Positions 1 to 14,363 of a stretch of DNA of 64,000 bases are shown piece after piece (the stretch's first letter is position 1; the number at the start of each line of letters is the position of its first letter). The position numbers and the translations under genes are program-made. The DNA is from Raillietiella orientalis (Eukaryota), in the NCBI GenBank assembly GCA_036172245.1, contig JAYWIR010000006.1:5394001-5458000 (forward strand). The letters run 5' to 3'. The notes under the pieces are model-generated. The model did not search any database, had not been told where the DNA came from, and saw only the letters and a list, made by a program, of their open reading frames with translations.

Positions 1-2
1 CT

Positions 3-683
3 CAGATTGAATCTCTACAACTTTTATACAAAGTGTGCTATGCCCGTGTACTGGATTTTCGACGGAAATTTATGGAAGCTGCCCAACGATATAATGAGTT
101 ATCCTATAAGTTACCTGAAGAAAAAAGACTGGAAGCATTGCGCAATGCACTTCTTTGCACAATATTGGCTTCAGCAGGTCAACAGCGTAGTCGTATGTTA
201 GCTACACTCTATAAAGATGAACGTTGTGCCCAGTTGCCAGGACATGCCATTTTGCGTCATATGTATCTTGAACGCCTTATTCCACGTAAACAGCTCAAAG
301 AGTTGGATGCTATGTTGCATCCACATCAGAGGGCCACTGTTGCAGATGGCTCCACTATCTTGGAGCGTGCCATTGTGGAACACAATTTGTTAGCAGCACG
401 GCGGCTGTATCATAATATCCGTTTTGAGGAACTGGGAGTTTTGCTAGAAATACCTGCATCTCAAGCAGAACGTATTGCAAGCCAAATGGTGACAGAGGGT
501 CGTCTCGAAGGACATGTGGACCAGATAGAAGGAATGGTTCATTTTGGCGAGCAACAAGTCCTGTCATCATGGGATAAACAGATTCAAGGATTGTGCTGTC
601 AGGTGAATGCAATTGCAGAACAAATTCGACATGCTGTGCCAGAATGGTATAATGGAATACTTGATGAAGAGATGGTGGAATAA
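3..683 (+). CDS. COPS4: COP9 signalosome complex subunit 4, 3' part (PCI domain); 5'-truncated by the window edge
   Basis: Open frame from the window start: [36 protein letters not shown]...[22 protein letters not shown]...[31 protein letters not shown]...[27 protein letters not shown]. These match recalled CSN4 motifs. TAA at 681-683; AATAAA near 839 and 856. Confidence 0.96.
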   Translation, partial: QIESLQLLYKVCYARVLDFRRKFMEAAQRYNELSYKLPEEKRLEALRNALLCTILASAGQQRSRMLATLYKDERCAQLPGHAILRHMYLERLIPRKQLKELDAMLHPHQRATVADGSTILERAIVEHNLLAARRLYHNIRFEELGVLLEIPASQAERIASQMVTEGRLEGHVDQIEGMVHFGEQQVLSSWDKQIQGLCCQVNAIAEQIRHAVPEWYNGILDEEMVE

Positions 684-3600
684 GTTTGAGTCATAAATGA
701 TCACATATCCACATTGAGTTGACTACACATGAAAGTGCAGCAATGCAACTGTATTTATTTATTGTTTGCATTTCTGATTTTGAGTGTAATGGAAGTTCCT
801 GGGTATGGAATCCAGCCTGAGCAGCCCTAGTTGAATCGAATAAATTACGTTTGGAAATAAAGTGCAAAAATTCCTGTGTATTTATGATTTAAAAGCCATG
901 TATTTGCACCTTTTATTGTAATTGTTTTAAAGTGGTAAAATGTTATTTTAAGATGTAGGTATAGTTTTATGTAAAAGACTGCAATAGTTTCCTGACAACC
1001 ATGTAATGGTACCTGCCATATATCTTGGCCATGATATGGCCAAAAGTGCTCAGGAGCGCACCGTTCAGAGTAGGTAGCTATTTACCAATTTTAAGCGACT
1101 CTACCACCATTTTAGCAGACATTTTTGGGCTCCACCGATAGCCACACAAGTATAGCACTCCGCTTGACCAACACTAAGTTACTTTTACAATGGAAACTCA
1201 AGTGTTGGTGAGCTAACACCCGAACGAAATAACTCCTGCCTTTTTATCGGTGATATTGCACAGAGACATCATAGTTAGCTTTTTAGAATGAATATATAAC
1301 AAATACTATTATTTCCACTTGCGCTTCCAAATATACCATTTGGGGATTATACCATACCTAATATACCAATCTCTTCTAACGGCCATCATTCATTACGAAT
1401 TCGCAGTCTCTGTTATCCATGTATGGGTGAAAATTAAAATTCATAGTTCGTTGTTCTAATAATCAAGTAGAGGTAAGGCCCGTAAAAATGACAGAAATAT
1501 TTATCGACAGATTGCGTTCCAAAAGCGCTATTCACTAAGGGAGTATAATAACCAAGCTGAGCTATCGATACTGATTCGGTCTTGAGATTAATAATACACA
1601 ATGTTGTTGTTGTATTATACTTGCAGAAGCTTGTTTATTTTCGTTGAAGCTCTTTCGATTCATACAAAAATATTGGATTGTTTCATTGAGATAGAAACCA
1701 TTTTCCTTGACCATCACCCAAGGTCCACCTATTAAAAGGTTACTAAGATGTTACTCTGATGCTTATTTCTTCACAAACAGATGATTCCTTGAATTCTTTT
1801 TAGCTTACATTGCTGTTCCTTTTTAGCGATAAAAACCATGAATGATTACGACATTAACTCAGATAGCCAAGTCAGGTGTCTCATCAGTCCTTTACGATTT
1901 GCCTCCACAGCTCGGAAACTGTTTTATCAGCATTTTAGAATGGAGTTGTTATTGTTATTTTCCGTCTAAAGCCTCTGCAACATCTCCCTCATTCTGTCTC
2001 CAGGAATAGAACAGTCTTTCATCAATTTTCAAACATCAGCTTTTTATTTTTTTGAAGCATCACGCCGAATCAGAAAAAAAGAGAAAAAAACCCAATCCCT
2101 TACTAACTTGTTCCTTGGCAATAAAATTTTCACCTTTATAGATAACCCTGCTTTCAGAAATACCTACCTACCCTCTCCTGTGCAGCCTCTAATACAAGAG
2201 GTAGAATGCTTTTCGAGGACGCCAAAATGATCCGTTTTTTTGATGAAGTACCTAGCATGATCTTGGTTGCTGGAAGTCTGGATTTTATTTTAGCGTACGG
2301 TTTCCTTGGACAGTGATATAGGAATAAAGTATGACTTTTAACCCAAGAAAGTTTTCATCTAATGTTCTGAAGATTCCGCAATCCACCTGCGTGTAATTCC
2401 GAGCATAAAGACTCGTACACATTTATAGATTACAACTTTTAATGTTTCTCATTTCAGCGCCACTTTCCTCTTTCACCTGTTCTTTTCAATTTTGCTCGTG
2501 TGCTGCTGATAATTACGCGTTTTTTTTTTTGTTTTTTGACGGGGGGGAGTGTATCTGTCTAAATATAATATTCTCCAAAGGGTGTTGAAATATGTACACC
2601 AGGCGTATTTAATACTGCAGGTGGTTCTTATTTTTCAAACATTAAATTATTCTTGAAATATTATTGTCTATCTCGTTTATAGACAACATAAACTCTAATT
2701 CCACAAGCAAACACAGAAAGAATACATTCATCAGTCCGTGAGCTGTCTAAAGGAAAACTGCCAAGCTGAAATTTTATGCTGAAACATTTCTATCCCTTGA
2801 AATTTTTAGTTTTCCGTTTCGTTTTGTTTTCTTTTATAGTTCTGATGGATCGAAATCATATGCGATATCTCAAACACGTAATCAGAAAAATAAAGGTTAC
2901 ATTGTCATCCAAATATAATAGATAAATGAAGTGTTTGAATGTTGGCCACTTTCAAATTGAGCGGAAAATTCCAACCTACTTTCTTAATAGTAATCATTAA
3001 ATAGCGTCATTTAATGGCAGCAGGAGGTTGTAGTTTACAGTCCTAAACATGCATTAATCTTCAGAGTGCATGAAAACAGTGAAAAAGCAGCCTGACGGTA
3101 TCATTTTGCATTTCAGACCAAACATACTCATTAGACGATAACATCGTTGAGCAAATGCCAATAATCAGAAATCAATGAAAATCATAAATAATAACAATCA
3201 GAAAACAAAATATTTGCTCGTTGCCTGATTATTCGACAACACTCAAAATTACAGAAGTTTACGTTTTTTTACATTCTCGATTCCGGCACGAACTCTTCCA
3301 ATCATTCTTACAAATATAAACCTTGCTCTAAAAGATCCCTGCAGATCACCTCGACAATTTATCGTCCAGCATATAGTCAGTTCCAACCGTTATATGGGTT
3401 TAGCGTTCACATTACAAGAAACCATTTTATACATATTATTAAAACTGCAAGTGGGAATCATGATATCTTGAAAAAATTGCGTTATGGAAAAATCGGAAGA
3501 GGTTTGATTGTGATTATAATGACGACGTACGGTTTCTCGCATGAAGATTTATACTTTCCGGATAGTCTTCCCGATAATTGTGTAAATTGGGGCCTGCGTG

Positions 3601-3703
3601 TCATGGGCGCACCGTGAGAACTGATTGTTATGAGTAGCCGTTCTGTGTTTTCAAAATATTGTGTAGACTTAAAAGTGTTCATTATTTAAATTTAAGGGAA
3701 GTT

Positions 3704-4542
3704 ATGGCAACAGCACAGAGTCAGTCAAAAGAAGATAAAGACAATGAGGAAAAAAGTATGGATAGTTTTGATTGTAATATTTGCCTAGACACGGTTAAAG
3801 ACGCAGTTGTCAGTTACTGCGGCCATTTATTCTGGTAAGGGTTAGTTCTGCAGGTAACCCCTATGAAATTTATTTTTATTTTTGCGTACAAATCATTTAA
3901 TTTAAGTTTTATAAAAGTTGACAATGAGTTTGAGTGCGGACAGTCTATAAAATGCATATTGCTTACTCACCAGTTGGTGCATTTATCGATTTGTTTTTGT
4001 GATTATCCATTGCTCTTCTGAGATTAATATTTACTTGTAGAAGCCAAAATATTCTGGCCTCTGATTCATTAGTAATCTGTGCAGATTTGGGGAATACAGC
4101 TCTAGTGTTTTTCAGTTGGCCATGCTTGTATCAATGGATAGAAATTTCGAACAAAAAAGTATGCCCTGTATGCAAAGCAGGTATCAGCAGAAATCAAGTG
4201 ATTCCTTTGTACAGCAGAGGAGATACAGAAAGAAAAGACCCACGAGATAAGCTACCACCTAGACCTGCAGGTCAAAGAACAGAGCCTGAAAACAGTTCTG
4301 TAAGTTTATTTGTGCCACATGAATGACGTATCTTGTAGACTTCCCAAGGCTTGTTTTCAGATACAGGATTGCAAATGTTTCTGGGAATTGGAGCATTTCC
4401 CATTACATTTTTTGTTTCATCATTCAATCTTGGAGGCAGAAATACTAATACTAATGATCCAGATGGACAACAAGATCAGTTTCTCAATAAGATTTTTTTC
4501 CTTATAGCCTTTGTATTTTTAATTTGGTTACTGTTTGTATAA
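3704..4542 (+). CDS. RNF5: RNF5/RNF185-type C3HC4 RING E3 ubiquitin ligase with C-terminal hydrophobic anchor (~172 aa; exons 3704-3834, 4116-4299, 4339-4542)
   Basis: The spliced product contains [30 protein letters not shown]...[20 protein letters not shown]...[24 protein letters not shown] and [25 protein letters not shown] introns; exon lengths sum to a multiple of 3. Confidence 0.93.
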
Positions 4543-6899
4543 CATATTATTGATAGTTATACATAAATAGAAAAAGATTGAATCAAGTTCGAAATTATTT
4601 TTTTTCATCTAGAATATTTGATGGATATCTCTACAAACTGTCTGTGTGAAATCATTTTAAAAAGAGAACTTCTTGGAACATTACCCAACGAAATTATCAA
4701 GTATTTTAAGTAACTGGAATGCAGATTGAAATTATTTTGCCTGCTCAGTCATTTTCATTAGGAACTTTTGGAAGGCTGTCTGATAATCTGAACCATTTTC
4801 TAAAATGTGTGACCCCAAAATGTATGATTGAAAACTTCAACCAGATCTTTAATTCATTGCAACGTTTGGCCTTTAAAACATATAAGAGCATGCAAGGTAA
4901 AACCATGTCATCAAGCTATTCACCAAGATTGAACTGATACATGATCAAACATTTGTATCTTGACAAGAAACTTTGTTTCTCAATGTTTCTATGTGCAAAG
5001 TGTTTTAAAAAACTGTTCTTCAGTGAATCTCATTGGAAATTTTATAATCTAACAAGAATCATGGCCTGATCACGATCATAAGTAAATCTTATAACAAAAG
5101 AGAAGTGCAAACCCCATTTTTGAGCCATTTTTTGGTGTTAACTAGAATTCTGAATAAAACGAATGCCAACTGCAAACGGTTTCGTATTTATTAAATAACA
5201 TATCAGCAAACTGGGTATTTTGGATAATTTCTGATGCTTCCGTTCCAGTTTCTATCGCAGTTACATAAAGAAGTCTCAGTTATTACAAAATACAACTTCA
5301 GAATCATTAACGAAAACCTAGATGTTTGAATTAAAGCTATTCTGCAAATCTGTTTACAGAAGTGTTGTACTTCATGCCCCAATAACTGAAAATAAATACC
5401 CACCTATTCCGATTATATGCACACATATATATACGCATATAATCCATACTCTTTATATACATGCGGACAAAAAAAACACTTAATAGCTAAAGTACTCGCA
5501 AATAAACGAAAAAATACCGAACCGTACAGCAAAAACGATGCATTATCGACGGTGCTATTGATTTTAAAATGCCGAGTAACAGGTGCTGTACCTTGCTACT
5601 ATGTCACAAAGCGTGAACGCCCCCAAAGCAACATGGTCGTCACAATGACACATGGCGATGCTACAAAGTTTCTACATTTCCTCAAATCACTTGAGACATT
5701 CACAAAATTACTCTTGCATTCAACAACGGGCTAACTCAGGCATTCGAGGCAAGTTGATTAAGTTAAAGCACTTTCTAATGATGCACAAAACACTATATTG
5801 GCTTGCTTACCAACTTCTCGGATGTTAGAGTTGCCAAACGGTAATTGGGAAACTATGTAATCCTCAAGTTACACTAACTTTGTAGAACAAAACCTCCCTT
5901 TAACGCCCGTAACTATAAAGCAAAGTTTTCATGATATTTTTAGGACGATCCTATCTCATTTAATGCAATTCATTGGACACATATCTCTGAATATAAACTC
6001 TGAGATTTTCAGTATTAAGGGAACTCAAAAATGAGCTCAGTCGAATGATTTGGAATTGAGCAAAGCGAGAAGAAAAAGAAATATTTCGACACAGAATGCT
6101 TCTTCACGCTAACTGGGCAGAAATAATTCTAATTCTCCATTTTTGAGAAACTGGCTTTGAAAAATAATTCTCACATAATCAGAAGGTAAAACTTTCACTC
6201 AAGTATCAAGAAATGTTCTATCTTGTAACTTACATAAACAGTAGCGATATATTTTCATTGCTTCCCGTTAAATGTAACTATTTTCCTTAGATTGGTAGCA
6301 TTCGAATTGTAACTCTTGGTGTAAGGAACATTGCTTAACATCAGGAGAAAAGCTATCATTTGATTGCCTGAACTGATGGATTGATTACTCCAAAAATCCT
6401 CATGAAACACAAAATGTACTGTGCTTAGTTTATTTATTAATTTTTCCTTAATAAATGGACATTTTTTTTTTTTTGGTTGGAGTTGTTTCCCTTTTCCAAA
6501 AAACACTTATCAGGAATTCTGAGTTTCTCCTAAAGCTAGTCTCCACTTTTTTCAAGCACCTTTAAAGAACGTATCATATAATTTTAACTTTTTTTCAAGA
6601 CATTCGACTTGTTCAGAGTAAAGAGAGATGGACTTTTTTAAAAAAACACACACACACGCATTTTTTTCCAAAAGAATTTTTCAGTTAATAAACAGAATTC
6701 CTCTGAATTTTTCCATCAGTTTCATTTTTACCAACAAAATATTGTAACCGTAAATGTTTCCAAGCGTGCACACAAAATAATTATCCTGAGGCACTTGACT
6801 ATTTTTCAGTTTCATCATTCTCCTCTGCAGAAAAGGAATTCTATCGAAAGTATTTCAGAGGTACAAATCAAATTCTTAACGAGCATGAAATGTGAATAC

Positions 6900-7500
6900 T
6901 TCTTAAATTTTCATTCTTGTAATAGGGGTTCCTGAAATTCGAAAATCCACGGAAGTCAAAGAATCTCTCCAGTTAATATCCTGAAATTGTCGTAAAAGTC
7001 AACATGTAGAACATGTAGACAAATGAGAGTATCTCTTTTAGCTTAATGACCGCTCCAAGAAGTTCTCTTTAAAATGATCTGACACAGAAGTGGTTGGAGG
7101 AGTATACCTATCAACTATTCTAGATGGAAAAAAAATAATTTCGAACTTGATGAAATCTCTTTCTATTTACGTACATTATCAAGAATATGTTATACAAACA
7201 GTAACCAGGGTAAAAAAAAAATGCATTAATTCTGGAACTGACGTAATCCAATTCGATTAATCCATACGATCAGTTTTCAGTTTCACTGATATTTGAGGCC
7301 TGTTCGAGAATCACTTTCCAGAATTTTCTTTCTTTCGATTTCCGAAACGTCATCGATATCGATTCTTCTGCGTAATAAGTGGAAGGCAGCTTGCTACAAG
7401 AGTTGGATTTTCTTTCTTGTTTCAAAAATTCACGGCATTCGCCTTCTGGACTGGATTACCCAAAATTTAGAAATCGAATTTTCATCAGACTTATTGGAAG
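6900..7500 (-). mobile_element. Highly decayed non-LTR retrotransposon RT fragment (RTE-like)
   Basis: Minus-strand pieces YYAEES (resembles YADD) and ILESDSRTGLKYQ*KLKTDRM (resembles the GLxINxxKTKxM motif). Many stops and frameshifts; limits approximate. Confidence 0.3.
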
Positions 7501-8249
7501 TTAGGAAACACCCATGCAGCCACTAAGGTGCACATTAAGACAAGGGTAAAAGCTACATTTTCACGAAAGCTATTTTATTCGGACTAATAGCTTTTAATAT
7601 TAATACAAAGCTAAGCCTTGAATCTAATGAGTATTGGTTCTCATCGAATGAACAAGTAGTTAAATGAAAGAAAGTGGCAAATATTTTCAGAAGCACGTGA
7701 AGTGAGGCGCATGGGAAAGATATTCCTAAGACAAAGCAAATACTTGGGCAGTGTAAACGCCTATAAAGATAAATATGTAGTTTTGCAATGGATCTGCTTC
7801 AACTGTGTCCAATCAACAGTGATCTTTCGGAACAAACAAAATGAATTTTCACGTAAATATTGTGAAAACACAATGAGATAAAGAGGAATGTGAATAGCTA
7901 TGTATAGATGAGGCGGATCATAGATGATTTAATCCAATCAGATTAATGAAGGCGACCAGAGAACATACACAACAGCGTGAGTCAATGTGAGAGTAATCAA
8001 GGATTTCATCAACTTTGTTAATATATTGCACTTTAAGGATTATTCCCTGGCACTATTCTTTCTCCGAAGAGAACTAGAAATGGGTTGCAGAGGAACACAG
8101 GGATTACTCGATTGACAACGAGGGTGTTCATTCAAGGAAGAGCTTGAAGATGCCAAAGAAAATCATGTAGATTAACATTTTTCAAATGCAAGCCAGTGTC
8201 CAGCTCTACTACCACCGGAGTAAGTTGCACCCAATCTCAGTTTTGTCTA

Positions 8250-9890
8250 CAAACATGGAGACGAGGGAAAAAATCAGACCAAGGAGCATGGAATATCTAG
8301 AACTCTTGGAATGCCGCACTCAACAACTTGGCAAGGTTGAAGAGTAATCTGAACAGGCAGTTTCGGAAAGGAAGACAAGAATGCATCCTTTTCCATCTGC
8401 ACCATACCGACCGGTCTGGAAACTGTCAATTTTCGGTGAACAGTAATTTCATCCGATAGCTACCCGGTGGTATGCCTGAGGACTCACTCGAGCCCTCTAT
8501 CGAGTTGAGGAAACCAATTCTAAGGTATGGAGAAGCTCGGGAACTCGGAAACTACGTGAGATTTATCTGTAGATGTGAAAACAGAATCAGTTGATGTATT
8601 CCAACAAGATGAATGCCCTGAAGAATAATTTAAGTCGGAGACTGTTTATAGGATACCAATGTGAAGGTCCGTATCTGAAGAGCAAAGGAGACATCGGAAA
8701 CATCTGACGAGTTCAGAAGGAGAATGGACATGCTTTGGAACCAGAAGCCAATCTAGTTCTTGCAGTCCCCATTTCTGCAACATGTATCAACAGAATTATA
8801 TGGTGCGAGAGCTAAACTGATAGTACGTCATGATTCGGGGATGAGAGCCATAACGCATTCAGTGAGAATGAAGAATTTTTTCCTCCTGCATTCCCATGGC
8901 ACACAGCAGCTCCTGTTTCTTTTCGGTGCTTCATTTGAACACGAGAAGCATTGGAAGTCCGATTCCTTCCTCAACGCGGTGAGTTCGCTGTAATTCATGG
9001 CCACAGGGAATCCACATGATAGCAAGCAGTATCCGCCATCATCGGATGACATCACTAGTGATCTATCACGCTTCTTCTTAATCGGATAACACAATGGTAG
9101 ATTCATTGTGACTCACATGATGCATGAGCCAATAGAGAACCTATCGGAGGAAACCCGAGCACCCCCGGCGCGATCACCCTCCGAGTGGTCCCGCTGCGTC
9201 TCATGCTTTGCAGACGACTTTTCTCAATCGCAGACTGTGACCAGAACGGTTCCAAAGTGGACTCGGATTACCAGAGAGTTGGTCTCTGCGCGGCTCTGAG
9301 TAGCTCGTTAAACAAGAGAAACCTATTCAAGAAAATTATACGGAATCCTCTGACACAAAAGGCATCGCTGTTAGGAGAGAGATGAAGCTGTCATATTCGT
9401 GTATGCTACGAAATGTTGCAGGACTGGGAGGTATGATAATCTGAGAAGCAGCTGCTCATAATCTGTTTGCTTGAATTGTTGACGGTGTCGAAGATATTGC
9501 CTTTTGCTGAGAGCATCTGAAAAGTTGTTGACAAAATCTAAGAACTTGTGTTTTCTGGTATTGGTCTGCTATTCCTCTTGAGACGGCATCCTGAAGTTGT
9601 TCAGTTGGATTTACTGTGGTCTCGACGTACTCTCATTAAGAAATACTCCCCTGGGATGTAGAGTTAGCGACTTTGGGGAGCGATGAATTTGTAGCCTGCG
9701 ATTCGATCTTTTGTGTGTAGCATGATTTTCGAACCTCGCATCTCTTTTCTGGCACTCTTCGGGGCTGTGCTTCTCTTTCAGAACATTGTCCTTGTGTGCA
9801 ACTTTCCTTAATTCACTATCCGGCTGTTCTAAAGGAACGATGCTAAACATACTAGGCATCCTTAAGTAGGATTCAATTCGGGGAAACATG
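8250..9890 (-). mobile_element. Highly decayed LINE ORF2 relic
   Basis: Ordered minus-strand remnants: ATHKRSN (EN-like), RQQFKQTDYEQL, CVMALIPES*RTISL (like LIPK..RPISL), SSGIPPGS (like GVPQGS) and TACSDY (like AYADD). All are degenerate. Confidence 0.4.
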
Positions 9891-12800
9891 CACTTTTACA
9901 AAAGTGAAGGTTTCTTTAAATTTCCTCAAGACGAGTCTCGGGAGAGAGGAGAGAGCTGCCCGCTTTGTGTACATTCGTTCGTTCAGTGTCATTTGAGACG
10001 TAACGACTCTTTTACAAGACATTGTGATGTTATTTTTGGAGGGGGAAAAAAGAGAGAAGGAATTTCATGGTGCTGTCTTCGGCTTCAACAGCGGGTGGTG
10101 AGCTTAAATAAATACATTTCAGGAAGACTGGGAGTTTAATTCTCACGAACACGAATTGGGCTGCAAAATAACCGACCCTCGAGCATGTTCGAAATTTCAC
10201 TTTGATAACAAAGTCTGAACTCGGGACTTCACTAAGGAACTTCGTAGATTTTTCTAGAAGTCCTGAGTGCTTCTCAGAGAAGTTCCATGTACTCTGGGAG
10301 GACTTTCAATTGCTTGCTAGTAGTCACGGCTCACTCACCAGAAAATGCATTTTCAGGACAAGCTTGCTGTCTCACCAAAATGGTCGCTACCAGAGTCGTG
10401 ATGAGTAGCAAACCCTTTGTTTTGTTATGTGATTCAATTTTATTCTTGTTTCTTCTCCTGGATCCATTTGTGTCAGTGTCGTGTCAACTATAATTATCGT
10501 TGATCTACTTGGCAGATCCAGATCGTCATCCCATTTTCATTTTTTTTTTTTTTTTTCTTTTACAATCACTTACTGCATGGTCTCTGAATCTGCTATGCAT
10601 GAAATCATGTGTAACAAGCAGATATACACTCCCCTGACACATATACACTTGTCATGCGAAATAATGTGCGCGCATGCACTCGTGTTTTCAAACGAATGTC
10701 TTTCAGGGAACGACAGGTATCAGGCAGTCAAAATGTTCAGGAATTCAAAGTATAGGAATCATCTGTTCCGTACATCAAAGGAGGATTACAGCTCCTTAAA
10801 TAAACGGTGGGCTTGCCAGCAGCATTCAGGTGGCGCCATAAATTTTTCCTTTCAGTGAATGATAAAATATTGCAAAATGGAAAGGCATTCGAATTCTTGC
10901 CCCGATGGACACGGCTGCCTAAGAGTTACGAAGAAACAGGAGCATTACTTGAAGAGTATGATGCTCTTCTGTGTTTGCCTACTGTTCTTCGACCCTCAGT
11001 AGCCGATTGTGAGGCATTATTTATACCAATGAGGATTAACAGTCAAGACAAATGGCTCCGGATGACGTCACTGAACAGAGTCTTTACTACTCGGAAGGCA
11101 TACGTATTTTCCAAAGGCCCCTTCTATTAGATAGGTTGAAGACCAAATGAAAATCAGGAGCTCAAGGTTTCTGCTTGAATTCTCGCATGCGTATAAATAA
11201 AGCCAGCACGAGCATGTTTTCATTTAAAAAATTGTTGAGTGCTTTCTAGAAGAAGAAGAAAGAAAAAAAAAAAAAAAAAAACTGGTATGGTATTCTGAGA
11301 AACACAGAAGTACAAAATCTGCCCTGCATAAACACAAACCATGCGACATGCTTTTAGCTTCTCCGGAATGCATCTTCCCTCGACTGCACTAAAGTTGAGC
11401 ATGTGGACCCTGCGTGCAGATTTATGGCTAATTGAACATATCTACAACCGTGAGAATCGGTTCCCCTCCCGAGAAACTTCGGTCCCGACGCACGCCGCAT
11501 CCCCACCGCCTCATGATTTCCAACCACCTCGTTTCCGGGGCTGTTTCCGGATGGGGAAGACTCCAGAGCGGCACAAAGTACACAGACTTCAGGGTACGTT
11601 CCGACGGTACCCTGAAGTCTGTACTTTTATTTCCGGAAAGTACCGAATTTCGAATCGAATGCGTTCGGCTCGCGGTTCGACCTCGGGGGGAGTTGACAGC
11701 GCCTTACCCTAAGCGGAGCCTGGATGCAGATTATGGACCCCGCAGCATGTACCGAGGAAATCAGAATTTCCCGGAGCTCGCGGATGCTGACTAAGAACAC
11801 GCCCTTTGACCTCTCCTGCAAAAATAAACGCAAACAAATTGTATGTTTCGAAACTGCGTTTTTTTTTTTTGTTTTTGTGTGTGTGCGTGTGTGTGTGTGT
11901 GTTTTGCCAATGGAAGTCACGAGCGGAAACAAAGGCTCTTTTCACGCAAGCGGGGTCAGGAACCCCCCCAGCGGCAATCCGCTGACTTGATCAGAATCGT
12001 CCTGCGAAAACCAGAAATCCTCAGATCCCGAAAAACAAGCAGCTGGAAAAATTCCAGACGCTAGGATGCATTCAAAGATTAGAGTTTTTTTTTTTTTTTC
12101 TTTTTTTTACTATGTCTCATTTTTTGCCGTTTCGTGACATCCGTGAATTGCGATTTTTTTTCATTTCGAGCTCCTCCATTTAGAAAACTGTGAAACCAAC
12201 GAGGACCTTTTCCCTTGCTCGAATTAATGCGAAAAAATCAAAGTTTCGTTTGTTTTTCACACATCTACTTGGATTGGACCGATTCGTCATTCTCGGCTCC
12301 GTTAGAATTTGAATCGGAAAGAATTCTCGCAAGTATTGCTGTGAAGCTCTTTGGTTTTCCGACACGAACGGCCGACGCGTTTGCTTCCTTGCATTTTCCT
12401 GCTGCCCTCCGAGCCTCGTGCTGCCCTTCTTCTTTTCCTCCAGCGTGCTGCTGGAAAATGTGCTTGGAGATGCACTGCACATTCTCACACTCGAGGGAAT
12501 CGATGGACAGTGCATTTCCAACTTACTGATATCGAAATCTTCAACGTAACCGTCACATACCCGATCGAAAAAATGAAATGGGCCGATGCATGAAATCGAG
12601 CTTTCTTAATGAATAAAGTTGTTGTTACTTGAAAGTGGTGGATAGCTGGACGCTATGTTTATATGAGTTTCCTCCCCCCCCCCTCCTTTTCACTGGTGAT
12701 GATGCCATAATCATTTCCCATTTTTATGCAATGGTTTAGCAACAGAGAATTCGATGCATTTCGTTATCATGCTTTCTTCTCCGGAATGAAAATTCACATC

Positions 12801-14363
12801 AAGGAACTAATTGAATATCCAAGGCCATTTTTGAAATCAGCGAAACAAAAAATTACGCCCATAGATAACTTTGTTCTCATGATATTCACATTTAATATAA
12901 CCATGCTTTCAGCAGGGGCTTATCTGTTATCTTTTGAACGTACCGGAAGTATTCCCTATTTATATAAGGCTCTTATACATGTAGTCCAATGTTGCACTGG
13001 AATGCAAATGCATTTTAACTGAATATCTCATTCACCCAACAACTAGATTGTAAGCAACAGTTTCCTTCACAACGGATAGTCTTGGTATTTATCTGATTTG
13101 CAAATTTCATTTTGTGCTCCCTGCAGTTAAGTTGCATTATGAGGCACCTACAAACATTAGTAAATTATTACTAGTCACTATTCAGTCCCAATAACAGACA
13201 TAAAAGTGCCATGATATTATGATCGTGATCTTTATGTTTTTGTTTGAATGCTAAGAGTTTACATTTATATTGTGGATCACAATCATTTCACTTTCCTCAC
13301 CAATGCATATGCCATTGCTTCCAGCCAGAGGCATATGAGGGCATACACAATCCAATTCCCATTTCCCTTGCAAAGCTTCTTTTTCCTATTAATATGACAG
13401 GCACGGGCCTCATCTACTGCTCATAGTTACTGCTTCAACCTATTTTGCCTCCCAGAGCAAAGGAAACTCTGTAGCATTTGAGGATTTTTCATTGGTACTG
13501 ATAGATAGGCTGGCTTGTATGCTATTGAATGACAACCTTCACTTAGATTCTGAATAGTCCTGTGAGATTTAACAATTTTGTTCCCATTTTGACAAAGTAC
13601 TTGGAACTTGTTCTATATTCTAGAGTTTTTTGCAGATGCATTCCTGAGTTGTGTTTGGTAAAATAAATTCCAAGTGCTGTGTGTGTGATTGTTGGTCCCT
13701 GTCAAAACCAAACATTTCAAACACCCATTCCTACTCTCTACTCCTAAACTATTTAGACAATAACTGCCCAATACATGAATTGCATGCCCAAAAACTGTTA
13801 AGAAAAGAGAAATGAGAGCACAATGTGTCCATTGCAAGAAAGTCCACACTTACCACTGTTGAATAATAAAATATGCTATAATTACAGCTTGAACAGCTAA
13901 CTGCATGCACTAAATTGCCTCAACAGCTTTATAGCTACATTATGCCTTAACAGAAAGCTGCAGAAATGCTACAAAAAATACTCTATACCAAAGTTTCTTA
14001 AAACCATTGAATGCTTCTGGGGACAAACATGTCAATTTTCTTTATGTAATGCTTGTTTTATCTAAATCTGTTGAGATACAGAAAGCAGATTCTTCCCCTC
14101 AGTAACTGACATCTTTGGCTTAGTTTCAATTTATGTTAAAAAGCACTCTCATACTATCATTCTTGGGCTAATCATGATGCTATCACTCATTTCCATCCCT
14201 ACATGCAGAACTCGAATGTCTGAAATGTATAGTACAAAGTATTCAAGATGAGTAAAAGCTGTACATGAGAATTTAAAATGCAGCTTTATTTTCCATAAAT
14301 ATTATTCTTATAGCTATAAACCCATTTGTATTTTAGCATGGACTTGAATCATTCAATAAATTG

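Noticed and set aside
729..778. SECIS-like ATGA...TGAT hairpin in the COPS4 3' UTR
   Set aside because: The helix register leaves the GA/GA quartet two nucleotides out of position, and the visible CDS has no in-frame TGA.
1563..1570. DRE-like TATCGATA promoter motif
   Set aside because: A single 8-mer about 2.1 kb from the nearest start codon; compatible with chance.
11660..11700. GGTTCGA (tRNA T-loop/B-box-like) motif
   Set aside because: No cloverleaf or properly spaced A box could be built.
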